Assembly (NCBI GenBank): GCA_050309605.1
Contig: JBNRMN010000021.1
Span: 1-64,000 of the forward strand
Source of the DNA: Anaerohalosphaeraceae bacterium
GTDB lineage: Bacteria; Planctomycetota; Phycisphaerae; Sedimentisphaerales; Anaerohalosphaeraceae
DNA: 64,000 nt
Direction: 5' to 3'
The translations under genes and the position numbers were made by a program. The first letter of the stretch is position 1, and every line of letters begins with the position of its first letter. This document shows, piece after piece, positions 9,354-20,490 of this stretch. The notes below the pieces were generated by a model. The model saw only the letters and a program-made list of their open reading frames with translations, was not told the DNA's origin and ran no database searches.

Positions 9354-10388
9354 TTATCCCTGGGGGACCGCTTGCTGCGGTATGACCGGAGGCTGGTCGG
9401 CTTGTTCACGCCGTTTCTGTTCTGCTTCTGAAAACTCGATGGTGGCGTCTTCTCGCATTTTTTCGACGTAATTTTCCCAAAATTGGCTGCGTTTCTGTCG
9501 GGTCAGATGATCCTTGATTTGATCTTTGACCTCATCGAGAGTTTGTTTTTTGGCCTCGATATGCTCAAATTTTTTAATGACGTGGTAGCCGTATTGGGTT
9601 TCGACGACGTCGCTGACCTGGCCGTCTTCCAGCGAAAAAGCGGCCTGTTCGAATTCCGGTACCATCTGGCCGCGCGGGAAGGTGTATTCGCCGCCGTTAT
9701 CTTTTGAGCCGGGGTCTTCGGAGTATTCTTTGGCCAGGGCCGCAAAATCGGCGCCCGCCTTGGCCTTTTGCAGCACTTCCTGAATCTTCGTTTGGGCGGC
9801 TGCTTTTTCGTCATCGCTCTTGCCCTGGGTCATGATCAGCACGTGGGCGGCGCGGACTTGTTCGGGGCGTTCAAAGTATTGCGGATTTTCTTCGTAAAAG
9901 GTCTTGATTTCGTCATCCTTAACGTCTTTGTCCTTCATTTCGTTGTCGATGAGGGTCTCGATCTGCATCCGCATCCGAACCTGACTTTTCAGATCGTCCA
10001 TGGTCATCCCGAAACGGGCGATCTCGGCCGGGACGTCTTCCATTTTGAGGTTCTGATTTGCGGCGATCTCTTCTATCTCCTTCATTACCTTTTCATCTTC
10101 AATCTTAATTTTCTTTTCGGCCAATTTTTGTTCGACCAGCGCCTGTTCCACCATCATATCCACGACACTTTTTCGAATCTGATTGCGCATCCAGTCGTTG
10201 ATTTCCATTCCGGGCGGCATCTGCTGGGCCTGGGCGGCCAGCCGCTTGCTGGTTTCGGCGGCGACTTCTTTTTCGTTAATGACCTTGTCATTGATCTTCA
10301 CTACGGCCGCTTCCGGATCGACTTCTTGCGCGATCGCCGCCGTGGAAATAAACAAACTAATGACCCACAATACACTTAATACTCTCAT
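9354..10388 (-). CDS. Exported parvulin-type peptidyl-prolyl isomerase (SurA/PrsA-like)
   Basis: Signal peptide, SurA-N-like helical region, VRAAHVLI, FAALAKEYSEDPGS, MVPEFEQAAF, ETQYGYHVIK. Confidence 0.9.
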   Translation of the reverse strand: MRVLSVLWVISLFISTAAIAQEVDPEAAVVKINDKVINEKEVAAETSKRLAAQAQQMPPGMEINDWMRNQIRKSVVDMMVEQALVEQKLAEKKIKIEDEKVMKEIEEIAANQNLKMEDVPAEIARFGMTMDDLKSQVRMRMQIETLIDNEMKDKDVKDDEIKTFYEENPQYFERPEQVRAAHVLIMTQGKSDDEKAAAQTKIQEVLQKAKAGADFAALAKEYSEDPGSKDNGGEYTFPRGQMVPEFEQAAFSLEDGQVSDVVETQYGYHVIKKFEHIEAKKQTLDEVKDQIKDHLTRQKRSQFWENYVEKMREDATIEFSEAEQKRREQADQPPVIPQQAVPQG

Positions 10389-10657
10389 ACGCTTTCCTTT
10401 CTAAAAAAACATTTTGTATCCGATTTTGCTATAATACACAAGAAATTAATTGTCCCCTTTCCATTTTATAATGTCAAGGAACTAATTGTATCTGCGCCGG
10501 CTCACGGCCGGTGTCGGGGCGTTTTTTGTTTAGGTAGTAGTGTCAACGATTCAATATGCCGAGTTATTGCGTGTTTTACAGACAAATTGACAAAATCTCA
10601 GCGATTGGGTCGGCGGTGATTTTTTTGTGTTCGCCCAATACGCCGCCGCGATTTGGT

Positions 10658-11701
10658 TTAATCCTCAAACAGCGAGGCGTCATCGGGTTCTTTTCGCGTG
10701 CATTTGAGTTTCATCTTCAGGTGGTCGCAGGCGGCGCGGGTGATTTCACGGCCGCGTTTGGTACGGCGGACAAAGCCCACTTGCAGCAGATACGGCTCGA
10801 CGACATCTTCGAGGGTGTCGCGTTCTTCGCCGAGCGTAGCGGCGATGGCCTCGATGCCGGCCGGGCCGCCGTCATAGACCTCGATCAGGGCGCGCAGAAA
10901 CGCCCGATCCAAATCGTCCAGTCCCAGCGTATCAATGCGTTCCATCGTCAGGGCGTTGTTGACGACCTCCTCGGTCAGGCGTCCGGAGCCTTTGACCTGG
11001 GCGTAGTCGCGGACGCGCTTGAGCAGGCGGTTGCCAATGCGCGGTGTACCGCGCGAGCGGGCGGCGATCATCTCCAGTGTGCCGTCGTCATAGCTTAGCT
11101 CCAGCAGTCCGGCCGAGCGGCGGATGATCTCGGTCAATTCGCCGATGGTATAAAAATTGAGATGATACAGCATCCCGAAACGACTTCGCAGCGGCGAGCT
11201 AAGCAGGCCGGCCCGTGTGGTCGCGCCGATCAGCGTAAAACGCTTGAGCGGAAAGTTGATCGTTTTGGCGTGCATCCCGCTGTCCACGGTGTAATCGACC
11301 TTGAAATCCTCCATGGCCGGATAGATGAACTCCTCAACCGGTGCGCTGAGTCGATGAATCTCGTCGATGAACAGGATGTCGCCGGTACTGACGTTGCTCA
11401 GCATCCCCATGACGTCGCCCTGTTTGGTCAGGGCCGGGCCGGAACTGACGCGGATCGCGGCGTTCATCTCATTGGCGATGACATTGGCCAGGGTCGTCTT
11501 GCCCAGCCCCGGCGGGCCGTAGAACAGGATATGCTCCAGCGGTTCGCCGCGCCGGCGGGCGGCGGTAATCGCAATGGACAGCTTTTCCTTGATGTTCGTC
11601 TGCCCGATGCACTCGGCCAGCCGCCTGGGCCGAAGGGCATTATTGAACACCTCTTCCTTGTCGCCCCGACTGTCTGCACTTAATACTCGATCTATTGCCA
11701 T
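10658..11701 (-). CDS. ruvB: Holliday junction branch migration helicase RuvB
   Basis: LRP, GPPGLGKTT, FIDEIHRL, GATTRAG, SRGTPRI, EPYLLQ. Confidence 0.97.
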   Translation of the reverse strand: MAIDRVLSADSRGDKEEVFNNALRPRRLAECIGQTNIKEKLSIAITAARRRGEPLEHILFYGPPGLGKTTLANVIANEMNAAIRVSSGPALTKQGDVMGMLSNVSTGDILFIDEIHRLSAPVEEFIYPAMEDFKVDYTVDSGMHAKTINFPLKRFTLIGATTRAGLLSSPLRSRFGMLYHLNFYTIGELTEIIRRSAGLLELSYDDGTLEMIAARSRGTPRIGNRLLKRVRDYAQVKGSGRLTEEVVNNALTMERIDTLGLDDLDRAFLRALIEVYDGGPAGIEAIAATLGEERDTLEDVVEPYLLQVGFVRRTKRGREITRAACDHLKMKLKCTRKEPDDASLFED

Positions 11702-11713
11702 AGTTTTTCTTCA

Positions 11714-11747
11714 GACACAGATTTTCACAGATTTTCACAGATTTTTA
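11714..11747. repeat. Inverted-repeat end A of the GxxExxY cassette (3 x CACAGATTTT)
   Basis: GACACAGATTTTCACAGATTTTCACAGATTTTTA; 30/34 match to the reverse complement of 12140-12173. Confidence 0.9.
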
Positions 11748-11759
11748 TTTTAATGAGGG

Positions 11760-12140
11760 TCAAAGGACTCTCCGTTTGACGACGACACGTTTCCCAAAAT
11801 TGATCAATAAGCCAATTCGAATCCCCGTTGCTTTCAAATAATTAACCAACTGCACCTCATGCGATGCGCACACATCACTGACTGCCTTGAGTTCAACAAT
11901 CACTTTTCCATCTACAATAAAATCGGGAATGTACTCCCCGACAAGATGCCCGCGATAGTGAACTGTCAAGGGTGACTCCTGCTGAAAAGGAATTCCCAGT
12001 TCGCGCAGTTCCACCACAAGGGCATTTTGATAGACCTTTTCAAGGAATCCCGCCCCAAGTTCATTATGAACTCGATAACAACAGCCAATTACCTGTTCGG
12101 TCAGTTCTTTATATAAATAATCAGCGTTCATAATATTCAT
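11760..12140 (-). CDS. GxxExxY protein (PD-(D/E)XK nuclease superfamily)
   Basis: VHNELGAGFLEKVY motif, PDFIVDGKVIVELK, QLVNYLKATG, GLLINFG; more AT-rich than its neighbours. Confidence 0.95.
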   Translation of the reverse strand: MNIMNADYLYKELTEQVIGCCYRVHNELGAGFLEKVYQNALVVELRELGIPFQQESPLTVHYRGHLVGEYIPDFIVDGKVIVELKAVSDVCASHEVQLVNYLKATGIRIGLLINFGKRVVVKRRVL

Positions 12141-12173
12141 AAAAATCAGTGAAAATCAGTGTTAATCTGTGTC
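12140..12173. repeat. Inverted-repeat end B of the GxxExxY cassette
   Basis: TAAAAATCAGTGAAAATCAGTGTTAATCTGTGTC. Confidence 0.9.
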
Positions 12174-12181
12174 AAAAAAAA

Positions 12182-12808
12182 CTACGCTTCTATGCCTTGT
12201 TTGACGCGATAGACTAACGGGATAAGCGCTTCGGCGGTGTTGATCTCCGGGTGTTTTCGGCAGGTCAGCTCAATCAGTTCCATTGCTTCGGCGCGTTTTT
12301 CACCCCAGGCGATCAGGATTTCGAGGGCTTCGGTCTGGAACAGACTGAACGCCGAGCGGCTTTGCGGCTCGGCGGCCTCATGGGCGTAGCGTTTGAGTTT
12401 ACCGCTCAGCTCGGCGGCGATCATCTGGGCCATTTTTTTGCCGACACCCGGCAGTGTGGCCAGCAGTTTTTCGTCGCCGCTTTCGATGGCCGAGGCGATC
12501 CGTTCGATGGGCAGGGCCAGCGACTTGAGGGCTTTTTTGATGCCCATCCCTTTGACGGTGGTGTAAATCGCAAAAAAATCCCGCTCACCGCGATTGAGAA
12601 ACCCCACCATCCGCGGAATGAGGTTGCCGCCGCCCAGCGTCCCTTCGTAATACTCGAACGTGCAGAGCGTGACCGAACGGCCGATCTGTCCGCTTAATTG
12701 CACGACTGCGTAGCCCGGCAGCATCAGTTCATAGCAGACCGCGCCGGCCTGCACCCAGGCGCTGTCTTCATCCAGACTTATCAAGTTGCCTTCAATTTGT
12801 GCGATCAT
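12182..12808 (-). CDS. ruvA: Holliday junction DNA-binding protein RuvA
   Basis: MIAQIEG, HhH motifs VKGMGIKKAL and LPGVGKKMA; lies between ruvC and ruvB. Confidence 0.93.
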   Translation of the reverse strand: MIAQIEGNLISLDEDSAWVQAGAVCYELMLPGYAVVQLSGQIGRSVTLCTFEYYEGTLGGGNLIPRMVGFLNRGERDFFAIYTTVKGMGIKKALKSLALPIERIASAIESGDEKLLATLPGVGKKMAQMIAAELSGKLKRYAHEAAEPQSRSAFSLFQTEALEILIAWGEKRAEAMELIELTCRKHPEINTAEALIPLVYRVKQGIEA

Positions 12809-12817
12809 AGCTTCATT

Positions 12818-13315
12818 TTAGAGCAAATGAACAGGATTTACACGATTTTTTTCGTTGGCACAGCACAGGGCCGCGGCGATGGCATCGGCCACGTCCGGCG
12901 GTTCCGGCGGTTCGGACAGACCCAGCACCGTCTGAATCGCCCGCTGCATCTGTCCTTTGGACGCCCGCCCGTTGCCGGTGAGCGACTTTTTGATGCGTGT
13001 GGCCGAGAAACTCCGCACGACGGCGCCGGCCTGGGCGGCCTGCTGTAAGATCACGCCGCGGGCGTGGCCCATCAGGATGGCCGTGCGCGGATGTTTGTAG
13101 TGGGCGTATAACTGTTCGACGGCCACCACATCGGGCTGATGCGTTTGCAGCAGGGTTTGAATGTCCTTGGCGATCTGGTTGAGCCGCGCCTCGAGCGTTG
13201 CTGTGCCATCGGTGCGAAAGATGCCCGCCTCCAGCAGCGTCTGGCGGAGCAGTTCCTTCTTGACCACCGCATAGCCGCACACCTGTAAACCGGGATCGAT
13301 GCCTAATAAGATCAT
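12818..13315 (-). CDS. ruvC: Holliday junction resolvase RuvC
   Basis: ILLGIDPG, VAVEQLY, GHARGVI, GNGRASK, DVADAIAAALC. Confidence 0.96.
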   Translation of the reverse strand: MILLGIDPGLQVCGYAVVKKELLRQTLLEAGIFRTDGTATLEARLNQIAKDIQTLLQTHQPDVVAVEQLYAHYKHPRTAILMGHARGVILQQAAQAGAVVRSFSATRIKKSLTGNGRASKGQMQRAIQTVLGLSEPPEPPDVADAIAAALCCANEKNRVNPVHLL

Positions 13316-13323
13316 TCTGTTAT

Positions 13324-13887
13324 TCAAAGATAGATGCCACCATTCACATATTTCTGATGCAATCGAATATAATTGTTGCCGAATTGTATAACTGTAATAT
13401 CCTTGTAATCAACGGCACGTTTTCCACTTACCCACCTGCCTTTTGCATCGAAATGTCGAATTGAAACACTGTTTTTATTGATCCGCTTTATCGGCCCAAT
13501 TAAGAAAACTCCTGTGTCGGGGCGTTCATCTTCAACAATTACGAACTGTTTATGCTTCTTGAGTGAACCCAAGACCGTCATGTAATCAGACAGATCAATA
13601 GTGAAGGGTGGCACTATAGCGTTTCCAAGCAGTCCCTCTTTCTGCAATATTTTCTTACAATAATCATTACGATGTGTCGCCTCTATTTTTTCAATATGCG
13701 TTCGGTCAACCACTCTCCAGCCATCGATGAAGAAATCATATTCATGTGCAATTAAAACAAAACGACGAGAATAGGCTACAATAAAGCCCTGCAGTCGATA
13801 CTGATCGACTTCAGGATTCCGAACTATCGTAACAAGTTTTTGTTTGTCACAATAACTGCTAATTTTCTTTTCCAAGGACTTGTTCAT
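13324..13887 (-). CDS. Hypothetical protein, AT-rich, with two similar small beta-rich halves
   Basis: Long ORF in operon orientation; GAGGGG upstream of MNKSLEK; composition differs from the flanks. Confidence 0.7.
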   Translation of the reverse strand: MNKSLEKKISSYCDKQKLVTIVRNPEVDQYRLQGFIVAYSRRFVLIAHEYDFFIDGWRVVDRTHIEKIEATHRNDYCKKILQKEGLLGNAIVPPFTIDLSDYMTVLGSLKKHKQFVIVEDERPDTGVFLIGPIKRINKNSVSIRHFDAKGRWVSGKRAVDYKDITVIQFGNNYIRLHQKYVNGGIYL

Positions 13888-13944
13888 TTGCTTCTTACCC
13901 CTCTGCTCAGTCTTGTCAAAACTATCCACTCATGAGTGCTGAAC

Positions 13945-15438
<1,494 letters not shown>

Positions 15439-15461
15439 TTGTCAATAGAGTTCGGTCGGTA

Positions 15462-16358
15462 TTACGTTTTGATTTTTCGCACTGCGGCGGCAATATGTTC
15501 CGGCGTCGTACCGCAGCAGCCGCCCAGAATGCCGGCGCCGCCGGCGGCGATCTCGGCCAGCGTTTCGGCAAAGCCGTCCGGCGAAAGCGTGTACACCGCC
15601 TTGTCGCCGTCCAGTTCGGGGCGTCCGGCGTTGGGTTCGGCCAGCAGCAGCAGTCCGGTTTCCGCAATCGCTTCGGCATACGCCTTGGCCAGCCGCACAT
15701 AGCCGGGCATATCCAGTGTGCCACAGTTAAACCCGATGGCGGTAATGCCGGCATCGGCCAGCCGTCTGACCGCCTCGGCCGGTGAAACGCCCATCATCGT
15801 GCGCGCCGATTCACCGGCCGGATCGTATGTTAGCGAGGCGAATATCGGCAGTTCTTCGGTGATGCTGCGGATTGCGCCGATGGCCACCAGCACCTCTTCC
15901 AGCGCGGTCATGGTCTCGATGATGAACCCATCGACGCCGCCGTCTGCCAATCCCTCAGCCTGTCCGGCAAATGCTGCGGCCAGTTCCACCTCTTTGACCG
16001 TGCCTAAGGGTTCGAGAAAATCGCCGCACGGGCCGATGTCGCCCAGCACGTAGTGTTCACTTCCGGCCGCTTGACGTGCGATTTTAGCTGCGGACTGATT
16101 GATTGAGAACGTTTTTTCTTCCAGTCCATGACGGCGCAGCGACAGGGCATTGCCGCCGAAGGTGTTGGTAATGACCGCGTCGCTGCCGGCGTCCAGATAG
16201 CTGCGATGCACGGTCTGGACGATTTGCGGCGAGTCGAGATTCAGCCGTTCGTTGCAGCTGCCCGGCGCGGCGCCGGCGGCAAACAACTGCGTGCCCATTG
16301 CGCCGTCCAGAAAAAAAACGCCCTGTCCAATGCGTTCGTTCAGTGTCCATCGTGTCAT
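15462..16358 (-). CDS. Stand-alone homocysteine S-methyltransferase domain (MetH N-terminal-like)
   Basis: DGAMGTQL, TNTFG, IIETM, GFNC, PNAG, GGCCGTTPEHI. Confidence 0.9.
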   Translation of the reverse strand: MTRWTLNERIGQGVFFLDGAMGTQLFAAGAAPGSCNERLNLDSPQIVQTVHRSYLDAGSDAVITNTFGGNALSLRRHGLEEKTFSINQSAAKIARQAAGSEHYVLGDIGPCGDFLEPLGTVKEVELAAAFAGQAEGLADGGVDGFIIETMTALEEVLVAIGAIRSITEELPIFASLTYDPAGESARTMMGVSPAEAVRRLADAGITAIGFNCGTLDMPGYVRLAKAYAEAIAETGLLLLAEPNAGRPELDGDKAVYTLSPDGFAETLAEIAAGGAGILGGCCGTTPEHIAAAVRKIKT

Positions 16359-16406
16359 GATTGCCTCATATGCAAAAGGGTTTCAGGTTTGCTCCGTCGA
16401 TATCGA

Positions 16407-17291
16407 TTAGTGCTCTTGAACAAAGATGCAGTTTTCATCCAGCCGCAGCATCGTGCCGTAGCCGTCTCGCTCGGGGCGGGTGAACAAGTTTTCAATCTGG
16501 GCCGGCCTTGGATCAAAGCGGCGAATGTTGCGCAGGTCAATCTGAGCCGAGGATTCTTCCAGCCCCTGATCAATCGTCATCAGACGAATTGTTGCGGGTA
16601 CTGTCAGGTCGGCATCGACGTTTTGGTAGTTTGCCAATTCCGTCGCTGCGGCGACCTGCGCATTGCGGTCATAGTACTCGATGCGCCGCACGCGATAGCC
16701 ACAGCCATCGACATACAGCCGTTTAATCGGTCGTCCGTTGTCGCGCTGCGTCAGCAAGTCCCAGCCGTCGCGGTGAAACAGCTCCCAGCTCGAATCGATT
16801 TCGACCAGCCCGAGCGCCTCGGCCAGATTGGCCGGATTGATCATCAATACGTCGGCGCAGCGTTGGGCCAGTCGGCTCGTGCCGTACCAGTAAGTGTCCA
16901 GCTCCGGCTTGATCCGCAGCCAGAATTCGGATTCATTGGCGCCGAAGCGAATCTCGCCGAACTTGTCCCCGCGGAAATAAACCCGTTCCGGCGGCATAAA
17001 CGCCGCACGGGCGTCGAAACTCTCTCGACGGGTGCGGTTGTTTTGGTCTTTCCATTCCATCACACATCGCGCCGTGGCCTGAAGCGGGGCCAGTTGTTCT
17101 CGCTGGACGGCCAGTGCCAATGCGGCCTCTTCAATGGTGCGCTTGCCGGCGCACAGCGGCAACGGTTCGGGCATTTGCGGCGGCTGACAGCCGCCGGTCA
17201 GCAGCAGGATCATCGCAGCAAGGGCCATGCCCGACGTGCAGAGGCCGCGTTGAACATTTGAAATTCGAGATTTGAAATCAGACATTTTCAT
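16407..17291 (-). CDS. Hypothetical lipoprotein (start may be 17228)
   Basis: Lipobox LLTGGC after a hydrophobic stretch; beta-rich body. Confidence 0.7.
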   Translation of the reverse strand: MKMSDFKSRISNVQRGLCTSGMALAAMILLLTGGCQPPQMPEPLPLCAGKRTIEEAALALAVQREQLAPLQATARCVMEWKDQNNRTRRESFDARAAFMPPERVYFRGDKFGEIRFGANESEFWLRIKPELDTYWYGTSRLAQRCADVLMINPANLAEALGLVEIDSSWELFHRDGWDLLTQRDNGRPIKRLYVDGCGYRVRRIEYYDRNAQVAAATELANYQNVDADLTVPATIRLMTIDQGLEESSAQIDLRNIRRFDPRPAQIENLFTRPERDGYGTMLRLDENCIFVQEH

Positions 17292-17329
17292 CGTACCGTC
17301 AAATTAGCCGTTGTTTGGTCTGTTGTATC

Positions 17330-17821
17330 CTAAAAGTCCACCTGCAGAATCTGCCCCATCTGGCCGGAAAGCTGCTCGATCTGGTCTTCGGTCAGGTGGG
17401 GATTGATGACCGTTTCCGTGCGATCCTGTCCGGTGACCCGCATCGTCCAGAGTTCCCGACCTGCCGCATCCGTTTGGATGCCTTCGTACTTGAGTTTGCG
17501 TTTTCGCATCAAGATGAGCGTCAATACGAATCGGAAGTTGATTTTTTCGGGGTCGGTCTCCTCGGCCAGCCGGTCGAAAAACGCCATCAACATCTCATCA
17601 TCAACGAACAGTTTTTTCTTTTGTTCGGGACTTGCCATACGGGTTTTCCAGAAACAGTATACCGCCGGCGTGTGCTGCTGCCAGTAAGGGATGCTGAAAT
17701 CGCGTCGCTCCAGTCCCTGGTCGGTTTCGACCAGCGCGGCGTAATAGTCCTGCCCCGGCTCGAACGGTTCCTGCGTGCCGTAGCACTGTCCCAGTGGTTT
17801 TTTGATCTCCCAATCTGCCAT
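17330..17821 (-). CDS. Hypothetical protein
   Basis: ORF in operon orientation; CFWKT and FRFVLTLILMRKRKL motifs resemble a planctomycete family (from memory). Confidence 0.7.
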   Translation of the reverse strand: MADWEIKKPLGQCYGTQEPFEPGQDYYAALVETDQGLERRDFSIPYWQQHTPAVYCFWKTRMASPEQKKKLFVDDEMLMAFFDRLAEETDPEKINFRFVLTLILMRKRKLKYEGIQTDAAGRELWTMRVTGQDRTETVINPHLTEDQIEQLSGQMGQILQVDF

Positions 17822-17866
17822 TGTTCTATACTACACAAATAAACGCCATCAGTTAACGTGAATATT

Positions 17867-18241
17867 TTACTCATCAAAAACCAGATACGGCGCGATTTTC
17901 TCAGCGGTTACCGGTCCGATGCCGCGAATGTTCTGCAGATCATCAGCCGACTGAAACGCCGGTCGATTCGGCGGCTGAGCCTGTCGAAAATCGACAATGT
18001 CCATCGCCCGTACCCGTCCGATGCCCGGCAGCCGCATCAGACTGGCCGCCGGCGCCGAATTGGGGTTAATGCGTTCGACGGCAATCGGTTCGGTTGTGCT
18101 GCACGCGGCCCGCAGCGCGAAAAGGCCGCTGGACAGAGCGACGATTGCGCCGAGCAAAAACGCCGCATTCACCGACCGAAAACGACCCGCCAGTGCTGTT
18201 TGCCGCCGTTCCTGAGCCGAATGAAGAGGGGTTCTGACCAT
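17867..18241 (-). CDS. ComEA-like helix-hairpin-helix DNA-binding protein
   Basis: TM segment, INPNSA, LPGIGRVRA, IRGIGPVTAEKI. Confidence 0.85.
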   Translation of the reverse strand: MVRTPLHSAQERRQTALAGRFRSVNAAFLLGAIVALSSGLFALRAACSTTEPIAVERINPNSAPAASLMRLPGIGRVRAMDIVDFRQAQPPNRPAFQSADDLQNIRGIGPVTAEKIAPYLVFDE

Positions 18242-18258
18242 CTGCCTCGAACATATTG

Positions 18259-19746
18259 CTATTGATGCAAATGTTTATGAATCGCCTTTTGGAACTTGGC
18301 AACGACCAAAAACGACTGTTTGGGGCTACATTTTTCATTCAGCAAGCCGCAGCCGGCCACCGGCAACGCGTCTGTATCCGCCAGATGGGAATAGGTGACC
18401 GTATTGATAAACGGTCGTCCGAGAGAGACCTTGTAAAACTGCTCAAGCCAATCCGCCTGCATTTCAGGATTCCACGCAGACCGCCAGTAGCCGGCCAACT
18501 GCGGATCCGTCGGCCCGGCTCCGGGGCGATCCGGTATTGATACACCCGTGATATGAATGGCTTTGGGCACGGCCGCAAAACAGTCCAGCCGGGAGGAAAT
18601 CTGCATCATGTCCCGCACGTGCATGCCCGGCTCGTCCTTGCCGAAATGAAACTGCAAACCGAAGGCGTCGAAGCTGATGCCGCTTTGAATCACCATATCC
18701 GCGTACACCAGCGGCGGGACGGTCGTCTTATTAAAGGCGTAATACTCGCCCCAGGGACACAGGATATCGACGATTTTTCGGGACTTGTTGTCGGCGGCTT
18801 TGGCCGCCAGACAGGCCGTGCGCGTCATCTCCAGGGCCTGCTCAAAGGAAAACTCAAAACAGTTGGCCACGTTCATTCCACTGATGACCCGCCAGGCGTG
18901 GATATATTTGGCGTATCGGGACACAATGGCGGAGACGAACTCATAGGCCCGCTCACGGATTTTTTCAAAGTCTTTCGTGTCCTCGAGCAGCCACTGCGGG
19001 ACCAGGGACGGTTCGAAGCAGAGCAAGGGGCCTGCGCACAGCGCCAGCCGTTTTCCGCCGAGGGCGTCCAGGCAATCGTCCAGCGGATCAAAGTCAAACT
19101 CACCGCGTTTTTTCTCAATCGCGCCCCAGTTGATCGGGATCGTGACAAATCCGAACATTTCCAGCAGCCATTTGCGATAGCGCTGGTTTTTTAGCATCGC
19201 CGGTTCGACGACGCAGCCCAGACTGTGCCGTCCCAGGCCTCGATTTTTGAACCGCAACGCCAGATATTGCTCGGCGTGGCGAGCGGCCAGCGTCTCGGAA
19301 AACTCCAGACCTTTGGCCAGCGCCTTATCGGCCAGCACCGACGCCTTTTCCGGGTCGCGAATGTGCTGCAGCGCATCGATAAACAAGTCCTGGGCCTCCT
19401 GGGCCTGAGCTTCGAGCGTATCGGACTGGTCAAACAGCGCCCAATCTTCGCGTTTGAGGGTGATCTGCATCAGGCGGGCTCGGGCCAGCTCGACATTCAG
19501 AATATACGGCTCCGTCCGCTCCGGAATGCGGGTGGTGTTCAGCAGCAGATGCCCAAACCCCTCGACCGGCCAGAGCAGCGCCAATCCGGCCGCGTCCTGA
19601 CTTTTCTTGATACACTCGATGACGCCGTCCTCAAAGCGAATGGCCTCGATATGACGAAACGGAATCATATCCGCGCCGAACAGGTACGCCCCTGACAGGG
19701 TGAAATCTTTTCGAAGCTGACCGTCTTTATATACAAGAAATTTCAA
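18259..19746 (-). CDS. GH10 (xylanase)-like TIM-barrel protein, apparently non-catalytic
   Basis: W..IE..RG.FDF, AWRVISG, FDAFGLQFHF, IHITG, QADWLEQFY; TTG start. Confidence 0.7.
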   Translation of the reverse strand: MKFLVYKDGQLRKDFTLSGAYLFGADMIPFRHIEAIRFEDGVIECIKKSQDAAGLALLWPVEGFGHLLLNTTRIPERTEPYILNVELARARLMQITLKREDWALFDQSDTLEAQAQEAQDLFIDALQHIRDPEKASVLADKALAKGLEFSETLAARHAEQYLALRFKNRGLGRHSLGCVVEPAMLKNQRYRKWLLEMFGFVTIPINWGAIEKKRGEFDFDPLDDCLDALGGKRLALCAGPLLCFEPSLVPQWLLEDTKDFEKIRERAYEFVSAIVSRYAKYIHAWRVISGMNVANCFEFSFEQALEMTRTACLAAKAADNKSRKIVDILCPWGEYYAFNKTTVPPLVYADMVIQSGISFDAFGLQFHFGKDEPGMHVRDMMQISSRLDCFAAVPKAIHITGVSIPDRPGAGPTDPQLAGYWRSAWNPEMQADWLEQFYKVSLGRPFINTVTYSHLADTDALPVAGCGLLNEKCSPKQSFLVVAKFQKAIHKHLHQ

Positions 19747-20075
19747 AAAAATACCCCACTTGTTTTCAATTCTCTTTCCGTAACGGGAATAAGCCGGTAA
19801 AGGCCGGATTATAGCAAAGCGACTGAAAAATGCAACTATTCTTTGAAGAACACGACCATCTCGGCCAAAAAGGTGTCCATCCCCCGAACCGCCGTTCTGA
19901 CAAAGCGTAGAAAGAGCGTCATAATAACTTTGGGAGTTATTTTGTGGGACATGCTGCTCATATCACGATTGTGTGTCTGGTTGCGACGACCGCGACCCAA
20001 ATGGCGAGGTCTTGTGGGGAGACTGCCTCCAACCTGCCGCCGTATGAGCCAAATCAGCCCCATGAGAGGAATGTC

Positions 20076-20471
20076 ATGAATGTTACAGAACAAGAGTGGA
20101 AACAGCGTCTTACGCCGCTGCAATATCATATCCTTCGCGAAAAGGGAACAGAACGTCCCTTTACCGGCAAATACAATCGACATTTTAAGGCGGGAACCTA
20201 TCATTGTGCCGCCTGTGGCGAACAGATTTTCACCTCGGAAGCCAAATTTGAATCCCACTGCGGCTGGCCGGCATTTTCAAGCCCCGCTGACCCCAATCGT
20301 GTGACCGAAAGCCTCGACACGAGCCATGGGATGATTCGCACTGAAATTACATGCAGCCGCTGCGGCTCCCATTTGGGACATGTGTTTAATGACGGTCCGG
20401 CTCCCACGGGGCTGCGCTATTGCATCAACTCAGCAGCGATGAACTTTGAAGGCAATCAGGATAAAAAATGA
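20076..20471 (+). CDS. msrB: Peptide methionine-R-sulfoxide reductase
   Basis: GTERPFTG, two CxxC motifs, CGWPAF, HLGHVF, RYCINS; GAGAGGA before ATG 20076 (ORF open from 19944). Confidence 0.95.
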   Translation: MNVTEQEWKQRLTPLQYHILREKGTERPFTGKYNRHFKAGTYHCAACGEQIFTSEAKFESHCGWPAFSSPADPNRVTESLDTSHGMIRTEITCSRCGSHLGHVFNDGPAPTGLRYCINSAAMNFEGNQDKK

Positions 20472-20490
20472 TATTTATATTCTATAGACG

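Noticed and set aside
15462..16358. Truncated metH pseudogene
   Set aside because: Complete domain with Zn-binding cysteines; split MetH modules are common
19944..20075. N-terminal extension or signal peptide on MsrB
   Set aside because: TTG start, weak hydrophobic core, and a good SD precedes ATG 20076; not excluded but unsupported
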